DNA of 47,882 nucleotides from a virus: IMG/VR virus record IMGVR_UViG_3300029585_000017; one strand, 5' to 3'. Shown piece by piece: positions 17,902 to 25,893 of this stretch (position 1 is its first letter; each line of letters starts with the position of its first letter). The notes under the pieces were generated by a model. It saw only the letters and a program-made list of their open reading frames with translations, ran no database searches and was not told where the DNA came from. The position numbers and the translations under genes were made by a program.

Positions 17902-18573
17902 TTACCACGGTATGTCTTTGTCTTTAGGCTCATCAGACGGTTCGTCTTGTATGGGTGCGCCTGTCATTAGACGCTCCAAGGCAGAGCCCTTGTATTCTAG
18001 GTTAGACTTAATCTTATCTTGTAGCCACTCTGGTAGAGACTTAAAGATAGTTAGGTCTGGATTGTCTAGGTCAAGAATCTTTGGATCATTGACCAGTGGT
18101 GCGCAACGGTCAGCGTCACGAGAACGCATAGCGCTAACACCGCCAACATTATTGAACACGCGTCCTTCATTTTTACCTTTACCTTCTGACTCTGTAACAG
18201 TAACCATGCAAGGCATGTCTACTAGCTTAGACCAGTCACCCTCTAAGTCACCTTTAGGGTCTAGTGCTTTGTATCGCTTAGTAGATTTTGCTAGGTCGCT
18301 GTCGAGACTGCGAAGTGGAAACTCTTCTGACAACCAACGAGGCTTGTCTAGAAGTTCTTGTCCATCTTCATCTTTCATAAACTCGTCAGTGAACTCATAA
18401 GTCACCATTATAGAGTGTGCTGGTGGCTTCTCTTCGCCTTGCCATGCACGCTGTGGTTGTAGACCTAAGTCAATGACTTGAACGATACGGCACGGGTAGT
18501 TCCCCGCCTCCATAGGTTCAGCGGGTTTAAAGTCACCACCAGTGCGTGGTACGTTATTTGCGTTTATGCCCAT
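17902..18573 (-). CDS. ssDNA-binding protein candidate with acidic C-terminal DIPW tail
   Basis: 223-aa ORF between the DNA polymerase and FEN genes. The C-terminus DEPSDEPKDKDIPW resembles the bacterial SSB DDDIPF tip and the acidic T7 gp2.5 tail. Confidence 0.45.
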   Translation of the reverse strand: MGINANNVPRTGGDFKPAEPMEAGNYPCRIVQVIDLGLQPQRAWQGEEKPPAHSIMVTYEFTDEFMKDEDGQELLDKPRWLSEEFPLRSLDSDLAKSTKRYKALDPKGDLEGDWSKLVDMPCMVTVTESEGKGKNEGRVFNNVGGVSAMRSRDADRCAPLVNDPKILDLDNPDLTIFKSLPEWLQDKIKSNLEYKGSALERLMTGAPIQDEPSDEPKDKDIPW

Positions 18574-18599
18574 TAAGAAATTCCTTTTTCTTATTAGTA

Positions 18600-18986
18600 C
18601 TATTTTACTTGGTACTCTGACGGATCGAATCGTTTAGTTCTATTGTTAAGAGCCTGTTCATCGACACGTCCGAAGTTTACAGAGGTTAATCCTTCTACAC
18701 AATCAACAGGAACCTCCCACATTTTATCCGCGTATACAAAGATGAACAGGTCAATGTCCTCTTTAGTATAAGGCTTGTCTCTAACAGTGATACGAGATTG
18801 TAAATATTCACCATTAGTTTGCACAGTCTTTACTTGCACTCTCAACAGGGCATTGGTATCCCTATCAACCGCAATAAAGTCTGCACGTGAGTGACACGAG
18901 ATAGGGATAAACACATCATACCCTAACTCTGCGTAGTATACCTGAGCTTTTAACTCAGAGATATTCCCTGTTTGTTCTCTGTGCAT
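18600..18986 (-). CDS. PD-(D/E)xK nuclease (free-standing, homing-endonuclease-like)
   Basis: Motif ELGYDVFIPISCHSRADFIAVD...LLRVQVKT (D...QxK). Confidence 0.55.
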   Translation of the reverse strand: MHREQTGNISELKAQVYYAELGYDVFIPISCHSRADFIAVDRDTNALLRVQVKTVQTNGEYLQSRITVRDKPYTKEDIDLFIFVYADKMWEVPVDCVEGLTSVNFGRVDEQALNNRTKRFDPSEYQVK

Positions 18987-20944
18987 CAGTGGACCTCAAG
19001 CCAGTTCTTCCCGATTTCTGCTTGACCTGCCTGTGGACAGTGCATCATCTGGAAGTAGTCGGATACTTCTGAGAAAGCATCCTCAATTATTTGTGCAGCT
19101 TCTTCTGCATACTCCTCACGAATCTCTATCGTGAGTTCGTCATGGTAGAAACATACGATGCCGTAGTCTTCACCCCACTTAAAGCGTTGAGAGAGTTTCT
19201 TATACGCTAGGCAGTAGGTTGCCCCCATGTATATGGCTTCATCAGACTGAAGTACATATACCAAGATAGCATGTTCTGACTCAACAAAGATAGGACGACC
19301 ATCAAGACCAGTAACCCAACCATTATAATACTCCATCCTCCCCCACTTGTTCATTCGTTTCTTAGCGTTAGAACGCCATTCTTTCTCTAACCTTTCTACT
19401 AGTGCAGCCTGTGCTGGGAATGTTTCTGCTAAGCTCTGGCGAATAAGGTCGCCTTCCGTTTTCCCGCGCTCTACCATGTTGCCTAATTTATTGTCAGAGG
19501 CTCCGAACTTCCAAGCGAAGTTGAAGTTCTTCCCTTTCTTACGTCCAATAAGAGGAAGACCCAATGATTCAAGTACCTTGTTCACAGCTTTCATTGCCAG
19601 ACTGTGACCATCCGTCCCGATATCTTTGTTCCCGTGAAGAAGCATGTCAGTGAACTCTTGTACCCCAGCTCTCTGGGCAAGCATTCGGTCTTGACATGAT
19701 GCTGCGTCCGCCGATACGAGTACGAATCCATCTTTAGAAGTGAAGCACTTCCGCATTTGATTTCCGTAAAACGCACGGTCTCCCCGCTTACCTCCACCGG
19801 GGACATTTGCAATACCTGCATGTTTCATTCTCCATGTGTTAGCATACCCTGTCACTCTACTACCAATGCGCCCATCCTCTCGGATGTCACGTAACCAGCC
19901 TTCAATGTTACTGCGCCTATGCCTCACTTGAATACGCTTAGCTACTAGCTTGCCTACCTTACCGTTAACCCCCTTGAAAGGGTCTGCTTGGTTAAGCTTT
20001 GGAGAGGTACGCTCTCCTGTGGTATTAGAGATGTTCCATTCTTTAGGTTCCCAACCCTCTGCTAAGAGGAAATCAACAGCTTCGTTTCTGCTATTGAGGT
20101 CAGTGCGCCTAAAAGATACACGAGAGAAGCACCCACCAACAATGCGGGAAACAGGAACGCTCCCATCATCGCCACTGTCGGGATAAGCACTATCGAGCCA
20201 ACGTTGCACATGAACGTTGTACTTCCCTGACTTGAGGAAAGGTTTCTTGATGTATCCATACTCACCTTTATCTTTACTCTCACCTACCTCCACTATCATG
20301 GGGAGATAAGGTTCAACTGCCCTATCAATTCTATCCATCCAAGTGGTAAGCTGTCTTACACAGCGGCGCATATACGGTTCATCCGCGAGCCATCCATACT
20401 CTTCTTGGAGTTGCAGTATTTCAAACAGTTTAAAGGTGAGGTTATATGCATCAGACCAATTATTGTCCTTGCCTTCCTCATGTAATGCTAACATAATGAG
20501 GTATTGAATTTCAGTATCTTCCACACAGCGATGTAACATCTCTGGTGAAAACTGAGTCCAATCCTCGTGTTCAGGTTTTCCACGTCCTAACCTATAACCC
20601 CATGCTTCTACGCTATGAGGACCAGACTTCCCTTTCATACCATAAGGTCGTGGTCTTTCTGGTTGGTGCATCCGAGAGATGATTAGAGTATCCACCTTCT
20701 TACCAGTGTACTCATAGCTCCATAGCTTGCGTAAGAGTGGGAAGTCATATCCTATTCCATTATGGATAATGAGAACTTCACACTCGTCCATGAAATTCAT
20801 GCACTCTTGTTCCCAATTCGGTTGACCGTGGTGGAACGTGAACACTTCTTTAGTTTGTATGTCTTTGAAGACACCACACCATACAGTCGTTGCTTCATTC
20901 AAGAGACCATTAGCCTCAAAATCCGCTATGCATTTACGTGCCAT
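18986..20944 (-). CDS. Family A DNA polymerase with 3'-5' exonuclease (T7 gp5-like)
   Basis: ExoI IADFEANGL, ExoII HNGIGYDFPLL, motif A VSADAASCQDRMLA, motif B KGKNFNFAWKFG, motif C FYHDE. Confidence 0.9.
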   Translation of the reverse strand: MARKCIADFEANGLLNEATTVWCGVFKDIQTKEVFTFHHGQPNWEQECMNFMDECEVLIIHNGIGYDFPLLRKLWSYEYTGKKVDTLIISRMHQPERPRPYGMKGKSGPHSVEAWGYRLGRGKPEHEDWTQFSPEMLHRCVEDTEIQYLIMLALHEEGKDNNWSDAYNLTFKLFEILQLQEEYGWLADEPYMRRCVRQLTTWMDRIDRAVEPYLPMIVEVGESKDKGEYGYIKKPFLKSGKYNVHVQRWLDSAYPDSGDDGSVPVSRIVGGCFSRVSFRRTDLNSRNEAVDFLLAEGWEPKEWNISNTTGERTSPKLNQADPFKGVNGKVGKLVAKRIQVRHRRSNIEGWLRDIREDGRIGSRVTGYANTWRMKHAGIANVPGGGKRGDRAFYGNQMRKCFTSKDGFVLVSADAASCQDRMLAQRAGVQEFTDMLLHGNKDIGTDGHSLAMKAVNKVLESLGLPLIGRKKGKNFNFAWKFGASDNKLGNMVERGKTEGDLIRQSLAETFPAQAALVERLEKEWRSNAKKRMNKWGRMEYYNGWVTGLDGRPIFVESEHAILVYVLQSDEAIYMGATYCLAYKKLSQRFKWGEDYGIVCFYHDELTIEIREEYAEEAAQIIEDAFSEVSDYFQMMHCPQAGQAEIGKNWLEVH

Positions 20945-21239
20945 ATCTTTCTCTTAGTTTTTTACCTACTCGACTCAGAGTCTTTCGTACTGCTGCTGGA
21001 GTCATGCTTTCAATCTCAGCAATCTGTTCGTGTGTATGACCTACAGTGTAGTACATGTCACATATTCGAGCAGTACGCTCAGGTAGTGAAGACATGTATT
21101 CTCTTGCGTCTTTCAACAAGAGAACCTCATCAGCTAGTATGGGACTGATATGTTTACTATCATCGTACGTTACCGTAGCGAATCTCTTAGATAACACATC
21201 ACGTTCCCAACTATCTAGAACTAATCCTAGATGGCTCAT
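20934..21239 (-). CDS. Sigma-70-family region 4 (sigma4 HTH) protein, second half of a two-ORF sigma factor
   Basis: LPERTARICDMYYTVGHTHEQIAEIESMTPAAVRKTLSRVGKKLRE matches ECF-type region 4. Its ATG overlaps the upstream TGA (ATGA). Confidence 0.7.
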   Translation of the reverse strand: MSHLGLVLDSWERDVLSKRFATVTYDDSKHISPILADEVLLLKDAREYMSSLPERTARICDMYYTVGHTHEQIAEIESMTPAAVRKTLSRVGKKLRERYGT

Positions 21240-21493
21240 GAGGATTTCCCAACCATGCCTTGACGCTTCTCAGCGTTAATAATATCAATGCGTGCATTCG
21301 ATAGGATTCCATAGAACCAGTCATCAAATGGTTGCGTACTATCATAAGAGTTCTGCATTTCTAACGCATTGACACATGCTTGTTGGATGATGTCTTCTGC
21401 CATTTCAGGTGAGACATTACCACCTGACATAGACTTAACCCACTTCTTACGGTTCTCACGATAGGAAGCGTCTAGCTTAGATTTGAAATCCAT
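21236..21493 (-). CDS. Sigma-70-family region 2 (sigma2) protein, first half of a two-ORF sigma factor
   Basis: AEDIIQQACVNALE...PFDDWFYGILSNARIDIINAEKRQ matches region 2.1-2.4. AAGGA RBS. Confidence 0.7.
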   Translation of the reverse strand: MDFKSKLDASYRENRKKWVKSMSGGNVSPEMAEDIIQQACVNALEMQNSYDSTQPFDDWFYGILSNARIDIINAEKRQGMVGKSS

Positions 21494-21540
21494 TTCATTT
21501 TCCTTACAATAGGTAGAGAGACAGCATCTACGCTGGTCAA

Positions 21541-21626
21541 TCGGACTATAGAATAGTCGGATGTTCTACAATCGGATGTTAGCTAGTGGGATGTAATCAC
21601 TTCGGATGTTTGGGCATTCGGAGTTA
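21541..21626. repeat. Iteron array: six T(C/G)GGA(T/C/G) units phased every 15-16 bp; three are exact TCGGATGTT
   Basis: Units start at 21541, 21557, 21572, 21587, 21602 and 21618, counted directly. Confidence 0.8.
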
Positions 21627-21883
21627 CGACGGTTACTTGTTACCGACAAGCCTAGCTTCGAATTAAAAGTTCGATACATTCCATATGTAGTGCCTATCTA
21701 ACCCTCAAGGCAGGAGTGACAATAGCTGCGCAACTACTTAACCGTTCAGGGTACGGCACAAACCCTCACGCAGACCTACTGTCTCTCTGACAAGGCGCGA
21801 TTGTGCTAGTAGTACTAAGGTGGCGAGCCGTTTTCCATATCGCCAACGGTGAGGTTTACCTTAGAAGGGTACTGCACTCGCTA

Positions 21884-22183
21884 TTAGGCTGCTACGTCAC
21901 CGTAGTCAGCCCATACTGAATCTTGAACATCAATATCTGTTGTCCAGTTCAGACGCTGGATAGATGCATCAATAAGACGCAACTGTTTAGCGTAATGGTC
22001 GTACTCACGTGTCACCTGACTAAGGTCAAGCTTAGGGATTGTTGCTTGAATATCATCAATACCTTCATGAGCTTTACGACGTGTAGTTTTAATCTCATAG
22101 ATATCCATTCGCTTAACGAAATCAATCTGTGAGATTTTGTCCTGTAGTTCCTTGCGTCGCAGCAAGGCTTCTGCTAATTTCAT
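21884..22183 (-). CDS. Small helical protein, DIP1984-family-like N-terminus (tentative)
   Basis: MKLAEALLRRKELQDKI start and IQRLNWTT resemble my recollection of the DIP1984 family. Shorter than typical members. Confidence 0.35.
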   Translation of the reverse strand: MKLAEALLRRKELQDKISQIDFVKRMDIYEIKTTRRKAHEGIDDIQATIPKLDLSQVTREYDHYAKQLRLIDASIQRLNWTTDIDVQDSVWADYGDVAA

Positions 22184-23841
22184 TATTTCATCTCTCCAAA
22201 TTGTGTGGTAGCTTTATTCCACCAGAGATTGACAATGCCAGTCTCACCAAATTCCCTGTCTTCTAGTACAACTAGACGACGCATGTTTCGCTCATCTTCT
22301 GGAAGCTCTGGGTCTTTGTTGCCTTCCAATCCAATCATGTAGTGACAACTACGAGCCATTGCTCGGCTTCCTGAGAATTGTGAACTAAGTACACTGCCTC
22401 CACGGTTGTGCTCTGCGCCACTGTCGGGATTCCTCAAGTGACAAAAGATGAATACAACAATGTCTAGGTCAAGTGCTAGAGCGGCGAGCTCCTGAGAGAT
22501 AGCCTGAAGTGTCGTGTTTGCTTCAGCACTACTCATTCCATTGGTGAGGTTAGTGATAGGGTCTATGAATACAGCCTTAACTCCAAGACCTGCTGCTGCA
22601 ATAATGTCCTGCTTCAGGGTTTCCCAACCTACATGTTGGTAGAGGTTGAGCATGTATACCTTATCACCTAATAATTTCTTGCCAGCTTCTTCATATTTCG
22701 ATTCATCAAACACTACATCAGGGTCATGAAACTTAGCTGATGCTGCTTTACCTGCTAAGAGTTTAACAGTTTTCTTGTTTGATTCTTCTGGCTTGGCTAA
22801 GAGAACTTTCCAGTCGTGCTCAATTACTAAATGAGACGCGAGTGAATTAACAAGTTCTGACTTACCCATTTTAACACCAGCACCTACATACCAAGTCTCA
22901 CCAGTACGTATGCCTCGTGTTATTTTAGTAAGCCCTTCCCATGGTGTGGATACACCGTGTTCGGGTTCTTCTTTGGCATCCTCCCAAATGCTATCGAGAG
23001 TTACCAATCGAGTGTTCTTGGGCTTCTCAGCCTTAAAGATAGCAGCGTTATAAGCTGCCTTCGTTTTACCAGTACGGACGCAATCGTTAGCATCTTTTTC
23101 GGGGAGAGTGATAACAGTTGCTTCTGGGAAAACTTTACAGGCTTCGGTGATCGCAAGTTCACCAGCCTCGTCATTATCGAAACAGAAACTAATTTCTTTA
23201 AAGTGTTTGCGTATCTTAGGGGCTAGTCTAGACAAGTCTTTACCAGCTGATGCTGCACCATGAGGGAGTGAACAAACAGCAGGGAGATTGTCTAGGTATT
23301 CTGGCTTACAATGCATCTTTAAGATTTTTGTTAACGCCGGAGCATCGAACTCACCTTCTGTAACAATGAGTCGTTTAGCACCTAACGATATTGCTCTAGA
23401 CCAACCAAACAAATCTACATCACTTTGATCTCCTAATGACCAGAATCTCTTAGGTTCAATTAGTTTAGTTTTATACGCTTGTATTTGACCGTCGGTCTCA
23501 TACGGGAAGTATATTAATCTAGGCGTAACACCATCAGATTCATCAACGCCAACTTTAATACCAAACTCATCAAGGTCTGCTGCTCGCAGTCTCCTATCTA
23601 TCAAGTCGAGTACAGGATAGTCGCTGACTTCATTAATCTCTGCAAGAATCTCCTCACGGCTTTTGGTAATGCGTTGCTTAGGCATTGTTTCAATTGTGGT
23701 TGGTTCACCGTATGGATGCTTTACCCAAGTGTGACACGCATGACAATATCCATTTACACTACCATCCTCTTGCCCGTAGACTTGAAGACCTTTCCTTGTA
23801 CCGCAGGAGTGGGGGAGTTTATCCAAACATAATCCGCCCAT
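22183..23841 (-). CDS. Bifunctional primase-helicase (T7 gp4-like)
   Basis: Zn finger CGTRKG...CHACH, TOPRIM IVTEGEFDA / CFDNDEAG, Walker A GAGVKMGKSE, Walker B VFIDPIT. Confidence 0.9.
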   Translation of the reverse strand: MGGLCLDKLPHSCGTRKGLQVYGQEDGSVNGYCHACHTWVKHPYGEPTTIETMPKQRITKSREEILAEINEVSDYPVLDLIDRRLRAADLDEFGIKVGVDESDGVTPRLIYFPYETDGQIQAYKTKLIEPKRFWSLGDQSDVDLFGWSRAISLGAKRLIVTEGEFDAPALTKILKMHCKPEYLDNLPAVCSLPHGAASAGKDLSRLAPKIRKHFKEISFCFDNDEAGELAITEACKVFPEATVITLPEKDANDCVRTGKTKAAYNAAIFKAEKPKNTRLVTLDSIWEDAKEEPEHGVSTPWEGLTKITRGIRTGETWYVGAGVKMGKSELVNSLASHLVIEHDWKVLLAKPEESNKKTVKLLAGKAASAKFHDPDVVFDESKYEEAGKKLLGDKVYMLNLYQHVGWETLKQDIIAAAGLGVKAVFIDPITNLTNGMSSAEANTTLQAISQELAALALDLDIVVFIFCHLRNPDSGAEHNRGGSVLSSQFSGSRAMARSCHYMIGLEGNKDPELPEDERNMRRLVVLEDREFGETGIVNLWWNKATTQFGEMK

Positions 23842-23871
23842 TTCTATTCCTTTAGATTATTTATTAATTAG

Positions 23872-23886
23872 CAATGTGATAGTAAA
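23872..23886 (-). promoter_or_regulatory. Operator-like 15-mer TTTACTATCACATTG in the primase-helicase leader
   Basis: Identical 15-mer at 34446-34460 (-). Its 13-mer core CTATCACATTGCT also occurs at 33978-33990 (+). Confidence 0.45.
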
Positions 23887-23910
23887 TATTACTTCCTTGT
23901 AATACTTAAG

Positions 23911-23948
23911 TATATTTATATACCGTCATAACGTGTGAAAAGTGACAA
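23911..23948 (-). promoter_or_regulatory. Phage-specific promoter-like element, copy C (TGTCAC-N19-TATATA), upstream of primase-helicase
   Basis: The - strand reads TTGTCACTTTTCACACGTTATGACGGTATATAAATATA. Same architecture as copies at 38136 and 45591, including GTTAT at spacer positions 10-14. Confidence 0.55.
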
Positions 23949-23980
23949 AAATTTTCTTACAAAAATCTCTGTATTTGCGT

Positions 23981-25099
23981 TTATGCATCTGTTACGTTAG
24001 CCACACCACCTGCTTCAACCACCGTCCTGATTGAGATTGCAGGGTCTGTCAGATACTTAGGTCGGTCTGAGATAAACAGACGTTTATGTTCCGATACGAG
24101 AGCAGCTTGGCTGATAGTATCGTCTGAACCTAGCGTACCAAAGCTGCTTACAAACTGCTCAGTAGTACGCTCAAAAGTATCTAACCAGATGTCTAGTGCT
24201 TCATCTGCTGTCAGACGAGGCAAGGCTAGGATGTCAAAGCATCGACCCGGACGGGTAATAGCTTTGTCAATCGCTGAGTTAGGTTGGTTAGTTGTGATGA
24301 TAATTTTAGTCTTCTTAGGGAAGATACCATCACTGAACGATAGCATGTGGTTCATGATAACGTTCTTACCCTTAGTACGAGGCTTCAATTCATCATCTAG
24401 GTCATCTAGAATCAGTAGGTCAGGCTCGTAACTCTGTAGCGTAATCCAGAAATCATCACGCTTCAATAGTTCAGGGTCTTTCACGTAGAAGATTGACTTG
24501 TGTTGCTTATCAATCTCAGCCATGGCTTTACATAGCATCTTAGTGAAACAGGTTTTACCTGTACCGGGTTCACCAGTAAGGATAAGCACAGTCTCTTCTG
24601 AACGTACGAATACGTCCATCAGTTTATTCGTATCAACTTTAGGGTACAGTTCACCTTGCAAGTTAGCTAAGTGCTCACTATGGTTGTCGAACGTGTACTG
24701 TTGACTGTCAAGGTCATCAAACTTGTTGATGAACATGTGACGGAATTGGATACGATATGTTCCCTCTGGTGGAGGGATAATTGGTTGAGGGTTGCTGTTT
24801 ACAAAGGCAGTCAGCTCAGCCAGCGCATCGGGAGTACCTACTGCACCTACTGAATAGTTACCTTGTGGATACATATGAGCGTAAAGGTTCTCACCTTTAG
24901 TTACTACCCACTTACCACTAAGTTTCTGAATACCATAACCCGCCTCAACTAGTGCTGAGGTAAGGTCACTTGCATTACTATCCCACGTGAAGTACTGGTT
25001 GTCAACTAAATCCCAACCCTCTTTCATGTGAGACATTAGAACAGCAACGTTGTTCCCCAACTCGTGAGGAACAATCTGTAGTTCTTGATTCTTTTGCAT
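23981..25099 (-). CDS. AAA+ ATPase (classic AAA clade)
   Basis: Walker A GEPGTGKT, Walker B LLILDDLDD, sensor ITTN, second region of homology TRPGRCF. ATG at 25099 in a TAATG overlap (the track start is a TTG at 25111). Confidence 0.8.
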   Translation of the reverse strand: MQKNQELQIVPHELGNNVAVLMSHMKEGWDLVDNQYFTWDSNASDLTSALVEAGYGIQKLSGKWVVTKGENLYAHMYPQGNYSVGAVGTPDALAELTAFVNSNPQPIIPPPEGTYRIQFRHMFINKFDDLDSQQYTFDNHSEHLANLQGELYPKVDTNKLMDVFVRSEETVLILTGEPGTGKTCFTKMLCKAMAEIDKQHKSIFYVKDPELLKRDDFWITLQSYEPDLLILDDLDDELKPRTKGKNVIMNHMLSFSDGIFPKKTKIIITTNQPNSAIDKAITRPGRCFDILALPRLTADEALDIWLDTFERTTEQFVSSFGTLGSDDTISQAALVSEHKRLFISDRPKYLTDPAISIRTVVEAGGVANVTDA

Positions 25100-25884
25100 T
25101 ATTCCCACCAATCTCCAAGCTCTACTTCAAGAGCTCGAATGTCAGAATTAATATCAGCGATGTCTGATTCAACATCAGATAGAATGCTGTTTAGTAACTC
25201 GTACGACAGAGGTTTAACTCGATAGTACGCACGGGGATTCCATGTAGGGCGTTCACGGTCAGTAGCAGACCAACCAGACAGGTCAGCCCTGCCGAAGAGA
25301 AACCCTTGGATTTCTTTACCTTCACTATCAGCTAGTAGCAGAGCACCTTTTTCAGCATCGGACATTAGCCCGAATGGGGTGTAATCATCTGCGTCAAACT
25401 CATCTAGCTTAGCAAGGTCTTCGATAATCGACTGAGCATCGGCGGTCATTTCGTCACGCTTAGTTCGAAGATTATCTAGCATTTCAACACGCTCATCAAC
25501 CTTTGGGATAAGCATGAACGTGTCTGGAAGTTCTTTACGGATGAATAACACTTCGGTGCGAGGGACTTCTAGTCCAACCTCGTCTACGAGCGTCAACATT
25601 CCGTTAGAAAACGGCTGTGATCCCATGGTAACAGTGTAGTCTTTCCCACGAGAGAAGAGGACGTCATTAACTACGTCCATAGCACGCATTGTATCGCCCT
25701 CAGAAGCCTTTAGAATGACTTCATCGAACGTGCCTACTGGATTAGCCGAAGTGCCCTTAGAATCGCTTACAGGAGCTTCTAGGGGCATAACTGGTTGGTG
25801 CATAGCTGCTTCTACTTCAGCAGCAAATGACATAGAGAGTCCGACTTCACTTCGTTCTCTCCATTCTTGATTAGTAAAAGCCAT
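25099..25884 (-). CDS. Hypothetical protein; C-terminal domain paralogous to that of 26569-27405
   Basis: Shared block KGALLLADSEGKEIQ...GW...YYRVKP versus KGAILLAAHEGKTVQ...GW...AYRVKP. Confidence 0.6.
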   Translation of the reverse strand: MAFTNQEWRERSEVGLSMSFAAEVEAAMHQPVMPLEAPVSDSKGTSANPVGTFDEVILKASEGDTMRAMDVVNDVLFSRGKDYTVTMGSQPFSNGMLTLVDEVGLEVPRTEVLFIRKELPDTFMLIPKVDERVEMLDNLRTKRDEMTADAQSIIEDLAKLDEFDADDYTPFGLMSDAEKGALLLADSEGKEIQGFLFGRADLSGWSATDRERPTWNPRAYYRVKPLSYELLNSILSDVESDIADINSDIRALEVELGDWWE

Positions 25885-25893
25885 GTTGACTCC

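Noticed and set aside
21225-21275. Programmed ribosomal frameshift joining the two sigma ORFs
   Set aside because: I saw no slippery heptamer (X XXY YYZ) or obvious stimulatory structure in the 33-nt window where the frames could be joined. It cannot be excluded without experiments, so it is kept as an alternative in the finding.
21494-21883. tRNA or other known small RNA gene in this or the other ORF-free regions
   Set aside because: I scanned by eye for GGTTCGAATCC-type T-loops with flanking acceptor and T stems on both strands and found none (GTTCGATAC at about 21669 has no stem partners). A tRNAscan/Infernal run is still needed.
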